This document shows, piece by piece, positions 27,247 to 41,500 of a stretch of DNA of 64,000 nucleotides. Made by a program: the position numbers and the translations under genes. The DNA lies in NCBI RefSeq assembly GCF_006345805.1, contig NC_042999.1:29140001-29204000 (forward strand), in the 5' to 3' direction. Below the pieces are notes generated by a model that was given only the letters and a program-made list of their open reading frames with translations, had not been told where the DNA came from and ran no database searches. Each line of letters opens with the position of its first letter. Positions within the stretch are counted from its first letter, which is position 1. Source of the stretch: Octopus sinensis (lineage: Eukaryota).

Positions 27247-28330
27247 ATCCAAACAGGAAAACACAAAGAGAAAACACAACGCGAGGGCGTGGAACAAGTA
27301 TAGCGCTATTGGAAGCTCAGGAATGGAAAGAAAGTAAGAGGATTTAACGTTCCGAGCAGAGCTCTTCTTCAAAACCATAGGAAAGGAAAGATCCAAGGAA
27401 GAGAAGATGGAGGAAAAAATCGCCAACGATACACACACGGTCACATAAGCATACCAGCTAATGATTTTACAGTGTATATAAGTCGTTTTCTTGGCTAGCT
27501 GACGTACCTTCAACCCAGGCGGATAAGTAATTCTGATAAGCCACAAAAATGGCGAAACATCGGATCTCTGATTTCTGGATCGGTGTGAACTTCAATCTAT
27601 TTTCTAACAGTTTGATTTCTGGTTATGTTAATAAGCAGTTTGATTATCTTCATTATTTTCTATGCGTGTGTTTTCTTCGTTATGGATAACTTTGAGGGTG
27701 TTTTATTTTCTGTTCTTTGGCATTCTGTGTTGATAATTTCCGAACGGCAGAATTTTGCATGGTGTTTATTTTATGGGGGTTTTGTTCATCTGTCGTTCAG
27801 ATCGTTCGGCCGTAATCTTTGATTTTTCTATGTTACTTGTTCGTGGGGTTTTGACGGGAGTTGTACCAGATTCTAGTGTTTGGCATCTGGTCTGTGTGAA
27901 AATTCTTCACTTCTAGTGTTGCTGAATTTTCCTAATTTTGGACCCTTCTTTTCTGGGATTTATTTGGTCATTCCCCATAGATCTTTCATCCACTACATAG
28001 AGACAGACACCTGGAGAAATACATAACTTGCCTACGACGATCGACACAGGAAACTATTTCAAAGACGAAACAAACGCAAAGTCCCTACAAACCAAATGCT
28101 AACTCTAAAAACATACACGAAAAAACTTCTCAATAATCACAAATCAAGCTGACAAAAGTGGAGCAATCATCATCACGAACAAATTTACTATAAAGAAATG
28201 GTCCTAGAACAGTTGAATGACGACGGTTTTTAAAGGAAAATAAACAAATGCGAAGAAAGATAAAATTCAATAAATTAACAACAAGATACCAAAATAGCCT
28301 CACGTTAAAGGAAATCAACTAGGTTTACAA
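27247..28330. mobile_element. Second PLE remnant with an internal inversion (minus 27247-~27960, plus ~27961-28330)
   Basis: Minus part gives EIKLLENRLKFTP (PLE N-terminal LKFTP motif) and a pLTR-like end. Plus part gives RDRHLEKYI and QADKSGAIII...YYKEMVLEQLND (PLE ADKG motif). Confidence 0.7.
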
Positions 28331-28425
28331 ACGAAACTATAAAATTAAATCATACTATTAGAATATTAAACTAATTAGATCTACCAGCGACGTCATTCTT
28401 TCCATTTTCATATATATATACCTTC

Positions 28426-29381
28426 TCTATATATAAACGGCAGTTTGTCTGTCTGTGTGTCTGTGTGTCTGTCAGATTGTACCCTTACACTGAGCATGGC
28501 TTTCAACCGATTCTAATGAAACTTGACACACACATACCCCAATGTCATAGTTCAAAACTAACGCAGCGAAAACTTTGAAAAGTTCCCCCAGTTCTGAAGA
28601 TAATTGATAAATTCGACATGGGGTCGAGATTCAGAAACACAAACCACAGACTGTCTAAGGGACGCAACTCGACCTTTTTAACTCAACACTCCATCAATAT
28701 CTAGCTACTTGAAGCTATTCCTGGTGATGTCCACGTCTACAAATCTATTGATAGGACAGAAGACCCCGCCGAGCTTGCCGATTATCCTGTTGAATTCCTG
28801 AATTCACTTGAACCGCCAGGCCTGCCACCACACACCCTGAAGTTAAAAGTCGGTGCGCCCATTATGCTCATCAGGAATTTGGTTCCACCTAAACAGTGCA
28901 ACGGCACACGTCTGGTTGTGAAACATTTGCCACCACATTTAATAACGGCCACAATACTTACCGGTTGTGGGAAGGGAGAGTACGTCTTCATTCCACGCAT
29001 GCACCTTCAAACGTCGGGTGCTGACCTACCAATCCACTTCAGGCGTTCTCAGTTTCCTTTTAAACTCTGCTTCGCAATGTCCATCAATGAATCCCAAGGC
29101 CAAACGCTACAAGTCGCTGGGTCACAGTTGGGTGAACAGTGTTTCGCCCACGGTCAACTCTACGTGGGCTTTTCACGTGTTGAGAGGCGAAATGATGTTT
29201 TCATGTTTTCGCCCAAAGGGACAGCTAGGAACATCGTATACACAGAAGTATTCGAGTGAAGAGAAGACATTGCAACCTACACATGCGCCTTCGTTCCCTA
29301 GAGGGAAAGGACTAGATCTGGATTAGCCATTGCCTACAAGGGGCTCTTACATACCCGGGCAACGCCGGGCTATGATGCTAG
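28426..29381 (+). mobile_element. Non-autonomous Helitron (internal-deletion derivative)
   Basis: 5' TC end followed by CTGT-type short repeats; 3' GC hairpin CCCGGGCAACGCCGGG (29354-29369) 8 bp before CTAG|T (29378-29382); internal PIF1 helicase fragment. Confidence 0.92.
28705..29259 (+). pseudogene. PIF1-family (Helitron RepHel) helicase C-terminal fragment
   Basis: Stop-free 184 codons: YPVEFLNSLEPPGLPPHTLKLKVGAPIMLIRNL..CNGTRLVV..QFPFKLCFAMSINESQGQTL..HGQLYVGFSRV (motifs V/VI); N-terminal motifs absent. Confidence 0.92.
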
Positions 29382-29419
<38 letters not shown>

Positions 29420-29422
29420 ATC

Positions 29423-29460
<38 letters not shown>

Positions 29461-30203
29461 ATTATATATATATATCCACACATACGCAAACACATACACA
29501 CACATATTTCTATCTCGGGAGGATAATTATACCAATAAAGATCAAGATATTGGATTCGATTTTACTTCACTTACTAAATTTCCGTTCGTCAGATATTCAT
29601 ACTATTAAATAATCCATTGAGTAAGTATTTGCATGATGACTTTCACGAGATACAAAATAACGCTGTTTCAACAGACGCGAGCATGTTAAAAATTTTGCAA
29701 TTCACAGACACGTATATGATGTATTTGTATGTTCAAATATGTATGTTGCATACATTTCCTGTATAATTTATGTTCCATTAGAAATTTAAAGGGTTTTATC
29801 TTTAGTTTCTAGTGAGTGAGAATCTATTCATTCAAGGTAATTAAAACAAATGATAGATGTGTCTTACGTATTAGTATATCTGCATTGAGAGCTAATACTA
29901 CGAAAGCTGCTTATTTTTAAGCACCCTTAAATGAGAAGCATTATAAGTAATATATTTCTTACGAATGATAAATTTTACCACTCATTAGCTCTTATAAAAG
30001 AAATGCATTCCTACTTTTACGATGTATTTCTTCTTTGTCCATAATATATCATTATTGCAAAAATTTTACGGAGACATTTTTCATGTGTTTTGTGTTTATT
30101 TAAATTACTGCACTTTGCTTTTGACATGCCTTCCTGCGAATTTACATTTCCTTCTCAACCACTTTATATTTATACGGGATATCTGTTTATCTAAACTTCT
30201 AAA

Positions 30204-30356
<153 letters not shown>

Positions 30357-30616
30357 CAGTTTTAAATCCACTTCGCATAACATTTATGAGTGAAACTGTA
30401 GCGACCAATGTTTTTAATGGCATCTGGAAACATTTTCAGATCAGTCTTAATTGAGAAAGAAAACAAAACAAATTATGCTGGACAATAGGCATAGAATACC
30501 CAAGAGACAACATTTTATGCGATAAGGAACATAGAAATGTCGAGAGATATGACAGTATATTCTACATGTGCATATATATACACATACATATATATACACA
30601 CACAGACATATATATG

Positions 30617-30673
<57 letters not shown>

Positions 30674-31729
30674 TCACACTCTCTTACACATTCAAGCACG
30701 CATGCGGGCATTTCATACACACACACAGACGCACACACGCATTTATAATTACAGATTTGGGGAATGGTGTAGTAAAACCTGGGCGACATGTGTTTCCTAG
30801 CTAACAATGCATCGGAAGGAGTAATAAATCAACGAGGGGTTTTCCAGTACAACTCATCAAGCAAAATTGCTTAGTCACATGAAAGTTATATGGTCCGCAA
30901 GTGATCCTATGTTAACATAAAGTAACATAAAGTGTGAAGAAATAATAGATGAGATTTGGCAAAGTTCTAATCTCGTTAAGGAAAGAATATTCTGTCTGCA
31001 TAATGGGCATACTACAGTCATTCTACCTACAACGACACGTGTATTCCTCTGATGATAGTCAACATAGATTTTCCAGTATATTTACGAACACTTGGAAGGA
31101 TTAAGGAGCCAAATGTTTTCAGTTATTTTGAATTTTTCTATTCATGTTTTATGTTTGGGACAGTTTCAGTATTCCCACCGGAGACGTACAATTACATACA
31201 GTCTTTTCGTACAAATATTCTTGCAAAATCTAGAAAGTGTGCAATTGCTAAATCACTGACTTTCGCAAATATGGAAGCTATAACTGCACGTCTCACCCTG
31301 ATTGTTTTGATTTAAAAAAAAAAAAAACATTCGCTTTGTCCAGAGGTGTATACTGATTTATATGTCCTCAAATACCGCAGTGCATTGCATATACATACAA
31401 GTTGAAAGCCATTCAGGGGACGAGCGGGGATAGATAAGATACCCAAATAAAAACAGACGTAAAACGTGAATCACAATCATAGCTATCAACATCTACAAAT
31501 TGGTACGAAGGGGTACATAATTTAAGTCGTAATTAATATATCTAGAAGTTGTGTTATTTTCCTATAAGCGTTGATGCTTATTTACACATATTATCAATTA
31601 TCACATACTTTGAGATTGTTGAAAGAATTATCTGTTTAGTTGCAATTTAATTGATGTTACTTATAATAATGATATTATGATATGTGACGATGTGAAATTC
31701 GTAACATTTTAATTGATTTAATTTAAACA

Positions 31730-31784
<55 letters not shown>

Positions 31785-32887
31785 TCATATATATCTGTGT
31801 ATGTGAACGTCCGCGCTTTTGGCAGTAAATCTTATATAGAAATATATAGGCATATAGCATATATTAATATTCGTATATATAGATATGTATGTGTGCGTGA
31901 GCGTGTGTGTGTTTGTGCGTGTGTGAGTGTGTGTATGAGTGTTTGCGTGTTTATGTGTGTGTGTACGTGTAAATGTGCGTGTGTGCGATGTACGTATCCA
32001 TAAATAAATGTATTCCGAATGTATTTACTGTATCTCTTTAAACACACACCTGCTAAATATTTACTGAAGGACATAATCTAAAAGGTTGGATATCTATCTC
32101 CCCATTGCAAATTTTGTCGTTTTACTAAATAGAATTAGTCTTGTCTACGCAGAACAATACCAGTCCATTTTTAATTGGGAAAAGAAATACATCAAATATC
32201 ATATATCATACATATGAAATGGTACGTTATATTTCGTATAAGCTTCGCACCAATATGCAATTTTGTGAGACACGGTATTTTACAGACAAAAATTCCACGC
32301 GTGAATGCCGAAGAAATGTAACCTAGTCGAACAATATTGACTAAGAGCCGAAAATGACTTATCCTGTCAAGAAGCAGTTCCGTACACGTCATTGGATTTA
32401 AGTGTCTATGTGCGTAGTGGGTCTGCAGAAACATATTCATGTCGTATCATTAATCATAGGATGATACGTTATTTCAAATGGGTAAGTGTTGCAGTATTGC
32501 TATGCTGTCAACTCTATAGATAGGTATTATAACAGAACCCAAAAGATACATCATTAAATAATACCTGATTTTCTATACTACAAGATCGGAAAATAGAAAT
32601 CCGGAAGTTATCAGAGGGCTTTGACAGTTTAACAACACCAGAAATGTAACATGTCCATACACAGTGTATTTCAACTCACTTTGCAATGTTCTAAAATATT
32701 CATACTACTATTTCGTGTATGTTATCGATGGATACTGGTTCATATTAAAGTATCCTGCTATGGCTCCAATATATCGATAAATGCTTCTTTCTGTGTGTGT
32801 AAAAATTTACTCAGACATATATATTCTTTATGAATACATGCATGTTTTGGGTATATATACATAACACACACCACACATCTAAGTGTA

Positions 32888-32925
<38 letters not shown>

Positions 32926-32967
32926 ATTTAGGAATGGTCATTTTGCCAGTTTAGCCAATATTTAAAC

Positions 32968-33007
<40 letters not shown>

Positions 33008-33008
33008 C

Positions 33009-33039
<31 letters not shown>

Positions 33040-33112
33040 TATATAGCTATATATATATATATATATCTATATTTAAGAGACAGAGTAAATGCACTCGGAA
33101 TACATTATTTAG

Positions 33113-33166
<54 letters not shown>

Positions 33167-33183
33167 ATATTGTATAAGATAAT

Positions 33184-33401
33184 ATTCTTTTTATTCTTTT
33201 ACTTGTGTGGGTCATTTGAGTGCCAGCATGCTGGAGCAGAGACTTTAGTCGAACAAATCGACCACAGGACTTATTTCTTGTAAGCCTAATACTTTTCATC
33301 TGTCTATTTTGCCGAACCGCAAATTTACGAGGCCGTGAACACACCAACATCGGTAGTCAAACGATGGCAAGGTGAGAAAAAAAAACACACACAACACAAA
33401 C

Positions 33402-33443
<42 letters not shown>

Positions 33444-34314
33444 ATATATATATTATATATAAGACCGGAATCTGGCAGCAGCCGTCTCTCAAATCCATTC
33501 ACAAGTCTTGGTCGGCCGAAGCTATAGTACATGATACTTGCCAAGTCCATGCAGTGGACTGAACCCGAGCCATATAGCTGGTAAGCAGCTACTTACCAGA
33601 TAGCCACTCCATATAAGTCAGGGTCCAAAATGCACCTGTTAGCTAGAAAGACGAGTTAAAACTCTCAACGCCATGCATCTTTCACTATATGTAAACAAGT
33701 ACGAAGAATATAACAAACAAACTAAAAAATAAAAAAAAACAGTTGCGCCATAGTAAATTACAATAGGAGAGTATGTTTGCTAGCCACTTTGTCATTGATT
33801 TTTAAAAAGTACCTATTTGTATTTTGAAGCCCTCTATCTATCTATCGACGATTGGATCTATATACACATATGTATATTGTGGTGTGTGTTTGTATAATAT
33901 ATTATATATTATATATATATATATATATATAATATAATAAATATATATATATATATAAATACATATATATATATATATATACATATATATATGTATATTT
34001 ATATATATATTTTTTATATATGTATTTATATAAATATATATATTATATATATATATGTATATAGATATATATTCTTTTTATTCTTTTACTTGTGTGGGTC
34101 ATTTGAGTGCCAGCATGCTGGAGCAGAGACTTTAGTCGAACAAATCGACCACAGGACTTATTTCTTGTAAGCCTAATACTTATTCCATCTGTCTATTTTG
34201 CCGAACCGCAAATTTACGAGGCCGTGAACACACCAACATCGGTAGTCAAACGATGGCAAGGTGAGAAAAAACACACACACACACAAACTTATATATATTA
34301 TATATATATATATT

Positions 34315-34352
<38 letters not shown>

Positions 34353-34795
34353 AGACCGAATCTGGCAGCAGCCGTCTCTCAAATCCATTCACAAGTCTTT
34401 GGTCGGCCCGAAGCTATAGTACATGATACTTGCCAAGTTGCCATGCAGTGGGACTGAACCCGGAGCCATATAGCTGGTAAGCAAGCTACTTACCAGATAG
34501 CCACTCCATATAAAGTCAGGGTCCAAAATGCACCTGTTAGCTAGAAAGAAGAGTTAAAACTCTCAAAGCCATGCATCTTTCACTATATGTAAACAAGTAC
34601 GAAGAATATAACAAACAAACTAAAAAATAAAAAAAAAACAGTTGCGCCATTAGTAAAATTACCAATAGGAGAGTATGTTTGCTAGCCACTTTGTCATTGA
34701 TTTTTAAAAAGTAACTTATTTGTATTTTGAAGCCCTCTATCTATCTATCGAACGATTGATCTATATACACATATGTATATGTGTGGTGTTGTGTT

Positions 34796-34838
<43 letters not shown>

Positions 34839-34960
34839 AATAAATATATATATATATATATAAATACATATATATATATATATATACATATATATATGTA
34901 TATTTATATTATTTTATTTTATATATGTATTTATATAAATATATATATATTATATATATG
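33184..34960. repeat. ~890-bp tandem duplication, each unit with a minus-strand family A SINE (33185-33610, 34071-34507)
   Basis: SINE plus unique flank are repeated; the copies differ mainly by 1-2-bp indels, mostly in homopolymers. Confidence 0.9.
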
Positions 34961-35329
34961 TATATGTATGTGTGCATGTGTGTCTGTGCACGAACAGTTT
35001 AATAATGTTAAGACATAGCGTGGTTTTCACGTTTGTTTATTACGGTATTTTAATTATAAAAAAATATATTGTAATGCTCATGAATTTAAATTAGCGCTCC
35101 CATACATACTATATTAATCAGGTTTCAAATGTGTTTAATTGACACTTCAGTTCTTGACATCTTTAGTATCTCTTGTAACGCTTCAGCATGCTGAATTTTT
35201 AGATTAACTTTTTGACCAATCCGTATGCATCTTAAAGATCATGGAATGCCAAACGTACCAATATTCTATAACTTGTTTATTTTTATAATCTAGAGGTAAG
35301 CTTTTCAATTCCCATCATTTACTGGCTTT

Positions 35330-35940
35330 TATATTATCGCTGTTATTTCTGTCAGAAAAGGCTTGTACATTTGAATGGAAGGGTTATTCTTTTATCTTTC
35401 TCCCAACTTCACTTGTATCATGTACTTTGTAAGCGTTCAAATAATGAATTCCCTGTGTCGCCTATATATAATTCGTCGCAATTCGGGTATTATAATGCCC
35501 GAATTGCAGTAGATCAAATTTCTGCTTTTGCAGTTCATATCTTGCGAAAATTTGTCCATTTTTTGTTCTAATGGATCTATCCGTATGCATGTTTTGACAA
35601 GTTCCATATCTGTTATCATTACACTTCGAATGTGTTTTTCCTGTTTCTGTTGAATTTTAACTCGCCTTTTGCTTAAAGATAAGTGTTTAATTAGTTATGT
35701 ATTTTAAAAAAGTTTTAGAATTGTTTTATGCTTGCCAAATTTGTTTTGATGATGTTCAAATGGTTTCGGTAATGCGGAATGTGTGTTACTAGAAATTATA
35801 TTTATTCCTTTCATAGGTTCATCTTTTTCGTGTTGCCCTAAGTTGTTCTGAATGTATCTCTTTTGCTCGTTGTATGCTATTTTCCATAAGTAGGAGAGAG
35901 CAATTTTACTTAAGCAGAAACCTGCGATTCGTGTGTTTTT
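35330..35940 (-). mobile_element. Decayed PLE: thumb/linker plus GIY-YIG endonuclease
   Basis: Minus strand MNCKSRNLIYC and, frameshifted, PNCDELYIGDTGNSLFERL; upstream [14 protein letters not shown] resembles the PLE linker. Confidence 0.7.
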
Positions 35941-35956
35941 GATATTTCGTGCATGC

Positions 35957-36094
<138 letters not shown>

Positions 36095-36600
36095 TATCTC
36101 CTTCTTGGATGAGTCATTAAACTGCGGCCATGTGGAGATACCGCCGTAAGGAATTTTAATCTAACGAATCACCCACATTCTGCATTTTATATTTAGAAGG
36201 TGTTACTTATTTTATTGATCACTTTTACCTAGCAACCAAATTACACGAACTTAATACACCAACATTGGCTGTGAAAGAGAGGGGTCAACTACACATACAC
36301 ACCTCTTTCACATATATATAAATATACATATATATATATATATAAATATATATATATATATGTATATACGCACGCACATAAACGCATATGCAGATGCGTG
36401 CATATGTATGCGTATGCCTATGCATATATTTATATATGTATCATTATTAGATATACATTACATAGTTAAATGGTCTTTGGTTCTCTTGAGTTTCCCTGTT
36501 CAGTATGGAGTGTCACGTTTCATCGAGCAGAGAAAGTCACTATCGTGCTACTTGCCGCCTGTGTGAATAGATTAGTGCTATAATACCTTCAGTCGAAGTA

Positions 36601-36683
<83 letters not shown>

Positions 36684-38389
36684 AAAATCTATGTTGCGAA
36701 CAACGTACAATTATCGCTGGTAAGAAGAACGTTTCTGGAATGTATACAGAAATTCCTCCTCTTATTTCATATTTATCCAAAGTGATCGTAACTTAATATA
36801 TACAAGTTATCATATAAAGCTTTGTCTTATTTGAAACCAACACTTCAGTGTAAATGAACTGAACGTTAAACAACTGAAGGTTAAATGAAAGTTAAAACAA
36901 CTGAACATCGCTTTTGTCAATTTATTTGGCTAGATGCTTACGTTTTCTGATTCGTACATTATTACGTTACAATAAAATTATTGTAAAATACTGAACTCCT
37001 TCACTGATATCATGTGCTTTGAAATTAGGAACTGTTATTTAACTTGTATTGCTATTAAAGATGGATGAGTAAATAATCCACACTTATCAGATCTTTGTAC
37101 AGAGAATAGATTCATCTTTCATGACACAATCTCTCTCTTTGTGATTAATTTTAAAGAGCTTTTACGTAATATGTGGTACTAATAATATGACCTGAATCAG
37201 TGTAGAAGAACGTACACTAACAAAAAACAATAAAACTGAACGGAAATTGAAGCAATGCTTCGACTACAGATTTTAAATTAACGAATCGTACAATAATTGT
37301 TTTTTGCAAAATAAGAAAAGTTGAACGAGTCTCATGGACAACAATCTGTATATGTATTTTATTTATCATGCACAGGGTAAACGATAATGTCGTTGGTAAT
37401 GGCTTATAACAATTTTACGCCTCAGGAAGGTTGACTGCAAAGAGAATGTCTATATACATTCTTGTTAATAGCCATACACAGGATTAAGTGGAATCCTAGT
37501 ATATGGCTGTAGATACTTCCTTGTAAGGTGCACAACTTTGAGATACCTTGATCTTGGATAAGTAACTTTATCAACCAAAACCTCAGGAATTTCACTAGCA
37601 ATACATTATAAACTCGTAACTAAATGAGCAACACTATACACAACCTTACTCTCAAGAATGATCAAACGACGAAATGTCAAATATAAGGACAAACGTAACT
37701 ACAGGAGATAATTTTATTCTTGAGCCATATCGAATTCAACTTGTACTGAGATCTCACAGTATACATGTACTAAAATCAATAACCTACGATATTTATTCCT
37801 CGCGTTTGCCTCTGTTACTGCTCATGTTTCTGCCAAGCAAAGAATAATTATTTACTCAGCAATTAAAAAATATTATTTCGAAATGTATCCATTATTTTTC
37901 CTAAACTTCTCACAAATATTTCATCAAACCAAAATCAATAATGTATATTTTTTAATAATCCATTCAGTAGATATTTCAAATATATATTTTCAAAGAGAAG
38001 TAACATTTTACCATACTTCATTTAAATATATATCCTATTAGTTTCAGATAATTTTAATGAGTTTCCTCTAGTCGAAAACTCAAAGTATGCACGTTGAAAA
38101 TAACTTTTCTCATCTGAATTAATGTGATGAAATCAGATAATGTCGATCTTTCCAAAGTATGCCATGAATAATTTTATAGATTTTATAAGCAGATCGGATG
38201 TAAATAATTGTTGGAGAATACAAACGGAAAATACGAAATGTTAGAAGAGAATATTTAAACACCACATGAATATGTTTAATATGATTTAATTGAATTATGT
38301 CTATAGCCCAGGAGGATATACATATTAGCGTATAGAAATACCTTTTTCTACATCTCACCTACAACAAATTAGAGACAACGGTCTCATAC

Positions 38390-38449
38390 TTTGTTGAATG
38401 TCACCGGACGATAATGCGATTCCCAGTAGTGTATCTCATCAGTAATTCG
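38390..38449 (-). CDS. Candidate 60-nt phase-0 exon (unassigned)
   Basis: Acceptor tatgatttacag|, donor AAA|gtatga; RITDEIHYWESHYRPVTFNK; the other two frames contain stops. Confidence 0.17.
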
Positions 38450-39314
38450 CTGTAAATCATATTAGGCAAGTTTATTACTTACTAATCAAACCATATTCTA
38501 TACATGACTTCTGATTTGTCATGTTCAAAATATAGGCAATTTTTCAGAGATAACTAAAGTATGAGTCATAGGTATGGGATCACACAAGAAATAATCTAAA
38601 CATCTCTACGCCATTTTTCAATTATTTTTCTCGCTTTCTTATCCTATTACATTCTGTGAACTAATATTTAAAAACTATTTCACATAGGGCTTTACGTTTG
38701 TATTTTTCTATTAGAGAAACAAGAACAAGAGCTTCCTGAGAATTTCAAAATGGCAGATTAGGGTTACTTCATTGCTAAAGTTTGGAGGAATATAGAGTTG
38801 TATTCATTCCAGAATACATTGCAGGAATTCTGTAAAATTCTTGTTATAATTGATTCTGCATCCGATGATATAACTACAAGTAGTTATAGATACTTTAAAA
38901 ATTCAAGATTGGTTAAACAAAATCATACAGTTAATCAGATATCAAACTGGGTAAATATAATGATGAGTAAATATAATATTACTGAGGGTGTGTCTGAATG
39001 AATCTGTATTATGAGGGAAACTATCTTGTGATATAAGTACTAAATCTTTCAAGGTGAAACACTGATCATTACATCTCCGATTATATATATATGTATGCAT
39101 ATAGATGTGTGTATTTTCCCCTTGTTAACAATAGGTAAATAGTTACCAGGGTAGCAAAAAATCACACAAGTAAAGAGGTTGTAATTCCTTATTTTTAAAG
39201 GTAGAAACATCGGATTTATGTGAAATTTTTTTGTAAAATATATAAATAAATAAATAGTGTTTGATTGATATTATTACAATGGAATAAAATATTCAGTATT
39301 GCCCCAAATAATAT

Positions 39315-39410
<96 letters not shown>

Positions 39411-39419
39411 CAAATTAGA

Positions 39420-40028
39420 GACTACATGGGGTCCAAGGGACTATCACTCAGACGTAGATGCACACTGCATCGACAACAGATTGCATTCCCAGAATACAGA
39501 ATGATACCTTTTAGTGAGCACATTGAGAAATGCGCAAATCAACTACTACCACAATTTTTAATCTTTCCATTTTACCAATGTGCTATCGGATCATCAACAG
39601 AAATTAGACTAAACAAGGAAACATTCTTCATTGAAAAGTACAAGCCCAGACTTAACCATGCCAACATACTGATACAGAGAAATTCACACCAAGGGAAAGG
39701 AAAAAAAAAATTAAGCGATTATCTCCCTTACACCGGAAGAAATCACTCATTACCTCCCCTTATTTAGAACTCTTTCAAACATAAACATAAAGATAACTCT
39801 GTTCAAGATAAACATAACGTCACAAAAAATTTGAAAAGCTAAACGCGAAACCGGTCTTTCTTCTAAATTATGTCATTGTAAGAAAAAAATTTTCAATAAA
39901 AATTTTTTAATATTCTTCAGACATATTGACGCAAATATATATATTTTTTAACCTTTAAGCCTTCTGTAGTTTTTTCACTTCTTACTATTTTCTATATATT
40001 CAACCACGTGCTTTCACAAACCAACTTT

Positions 40029-40030
<2 letters not shown>
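39420..40030 (+). mobile_element. 5'-truncated PLE: GIY-YIG C-terminal half plus 3' region, inserted between (TA)n arrays
   Basis: GLSLRRRCTLHRQQIAFPEYRMIPFSEHIEKCA..PQFLIFPFYQC..RLNKETFFIEKYKPRLN; hammerhead-like GAAACCGGTC at 39847-39856. Confidence 0.8.
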
Positions 40031-40068
<38 letters not shown>

Positions 40069-40319
40069 CTTTGGGGCAATACTGAAATCATCAGAATTAC
40101 TATAATTTTATTTAACCCGTTTCCTTTTGGTTTAATATTTCACTTGTCTTTTTATTTCATGTCTTTCTGCCTTTTATATAAGACAACCACTTGCATTTTG
40201 CATATTTCAAACAAAGAATAGCATTGTTTATTGTGCGGTAAACTATAAGTTCAGATCGTAGCATTAACGATCGGTTAACTCACTATTCCTGCGCTGGGGA
40301 TGTCCTTAAGATGCTGGTG

Positions 40320-40332
40320 TTGCTGCTGTTGT

Positions 40333-40379
<47 letters not shown>

Positions 40380-40490
40380 TCACCGCCGTCACCACCACCA
40401 CTACTACTACTACTACTAATACGAATACTACCGCCGCCGCCACCACCACCACTACTACTAATAATAATACTACTACCACCACCATGATGG
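40320..40490. repeat. (CTA)n/(CCA)n/(CCG)n trinucleotide mosaic
   Basis: Direct reading; source of the poly-S/G ORF 40283..40537. Confidence 0.9.
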
Positions 40491-40567
40491 TGATGAGGGC
40501 ATCTTATCGCCAATAAGGCTCTAATAGTTTGTTGCAAAAATACATGTCTGTGTTATGCATACCATAC

Positions 40568-40631
40568 CTGCAAGATTCCTCTTTACTTTAAATAATGCTA
40601 ACCATTCTTCTTTTCCTCGCAACCTGCTTAG
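40568..40631 (-). CDS. Candidate 64-nt internal exon (unassigned)
   Basis: Acceptor taatttacttcag|, donor CAG|gtatgg; only the phase-0 frame is open: LSRLRGKEEWLALFKVKRNLA. Confidence 0.27.
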
Positions 40632-41500
40632 CTGAAGTAAATTACCAATAATACGACAATGTGGTTTGATAATTCAGTTGTTGACTATTTCTTGCAAGAA
40701 ATCTTTGTCTTTTGTATAAATATAAGAAATCGATATAAAGTATGGAAGTGTTAATTGGATTTAAGATCTTCGCTGAATCGCATTTTACCAAGAGTTTACA
40801 ACAAATTATTTTATTATATACTTTTAATGAAGTGAGATTGTTTTTAAAGAAGAGTCTGCAATAAATAGAAAAGTTCAGTTTTAAAAGTGGGTTTTGATTT
40901 AATTACCTTTTACGAAGTGAGTGAATGAGTTTAAAGATGTTGTTAGAAAAACAAACACAAAAAAGTTTTTTTCCCTGTTAGGTAATTCTTTCTACATTCT
41001 TTACTCTAAGAAAGAAAAAAAAGTCATTATATTTCAAGCACCAAAAGAAACAATCAATAAAAACAAATTAATTGTTTATATCTGTTCCTTTGTTGTGGAT
41101 TTAATCTCCTTATTTTGAATTTTCTGATTTAAATTACCAGGAGTCAAATATATGTAATGCAAACGCATGGTAAAATATACTTTTTTAAAGTGTTATAATA
41201 CATTAGATTTTTTCCACCTTTTTCTTTCCCTCCTTTCGACATGCACTTATCGTACACATGATGTTTGTAGCTATTGTTATGGCGTGAATCTGCAGCATTA
41301 AATAGATTTTAAAATACATTCTTATTAAACAACTTGAAGCCATATACCTTATGAAATACACTTTAAGTGTGTTTCGGAAACTGATACTTAAACAATGTTC
41401 ACTAATTATCGTATGAAAATGTATTTCAAGCCATGAAATTATCGTATGAAAATATATTCAAGCCATGTAAATTAATTCGACTGCAGCCATGCAGTAATAC

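Noticed and set aside
28864-29259. Cellular PIF1 helicase gene
   Set aside because: Intronless C-terminal fragment bounded by Helitron termini.
41405-41470. 33-bp tandem duplication (also short duplications at ~52773-52806 and ~63953-63985)
   Set aside because: Ordinary two-copy slippage duplications with no further structure.
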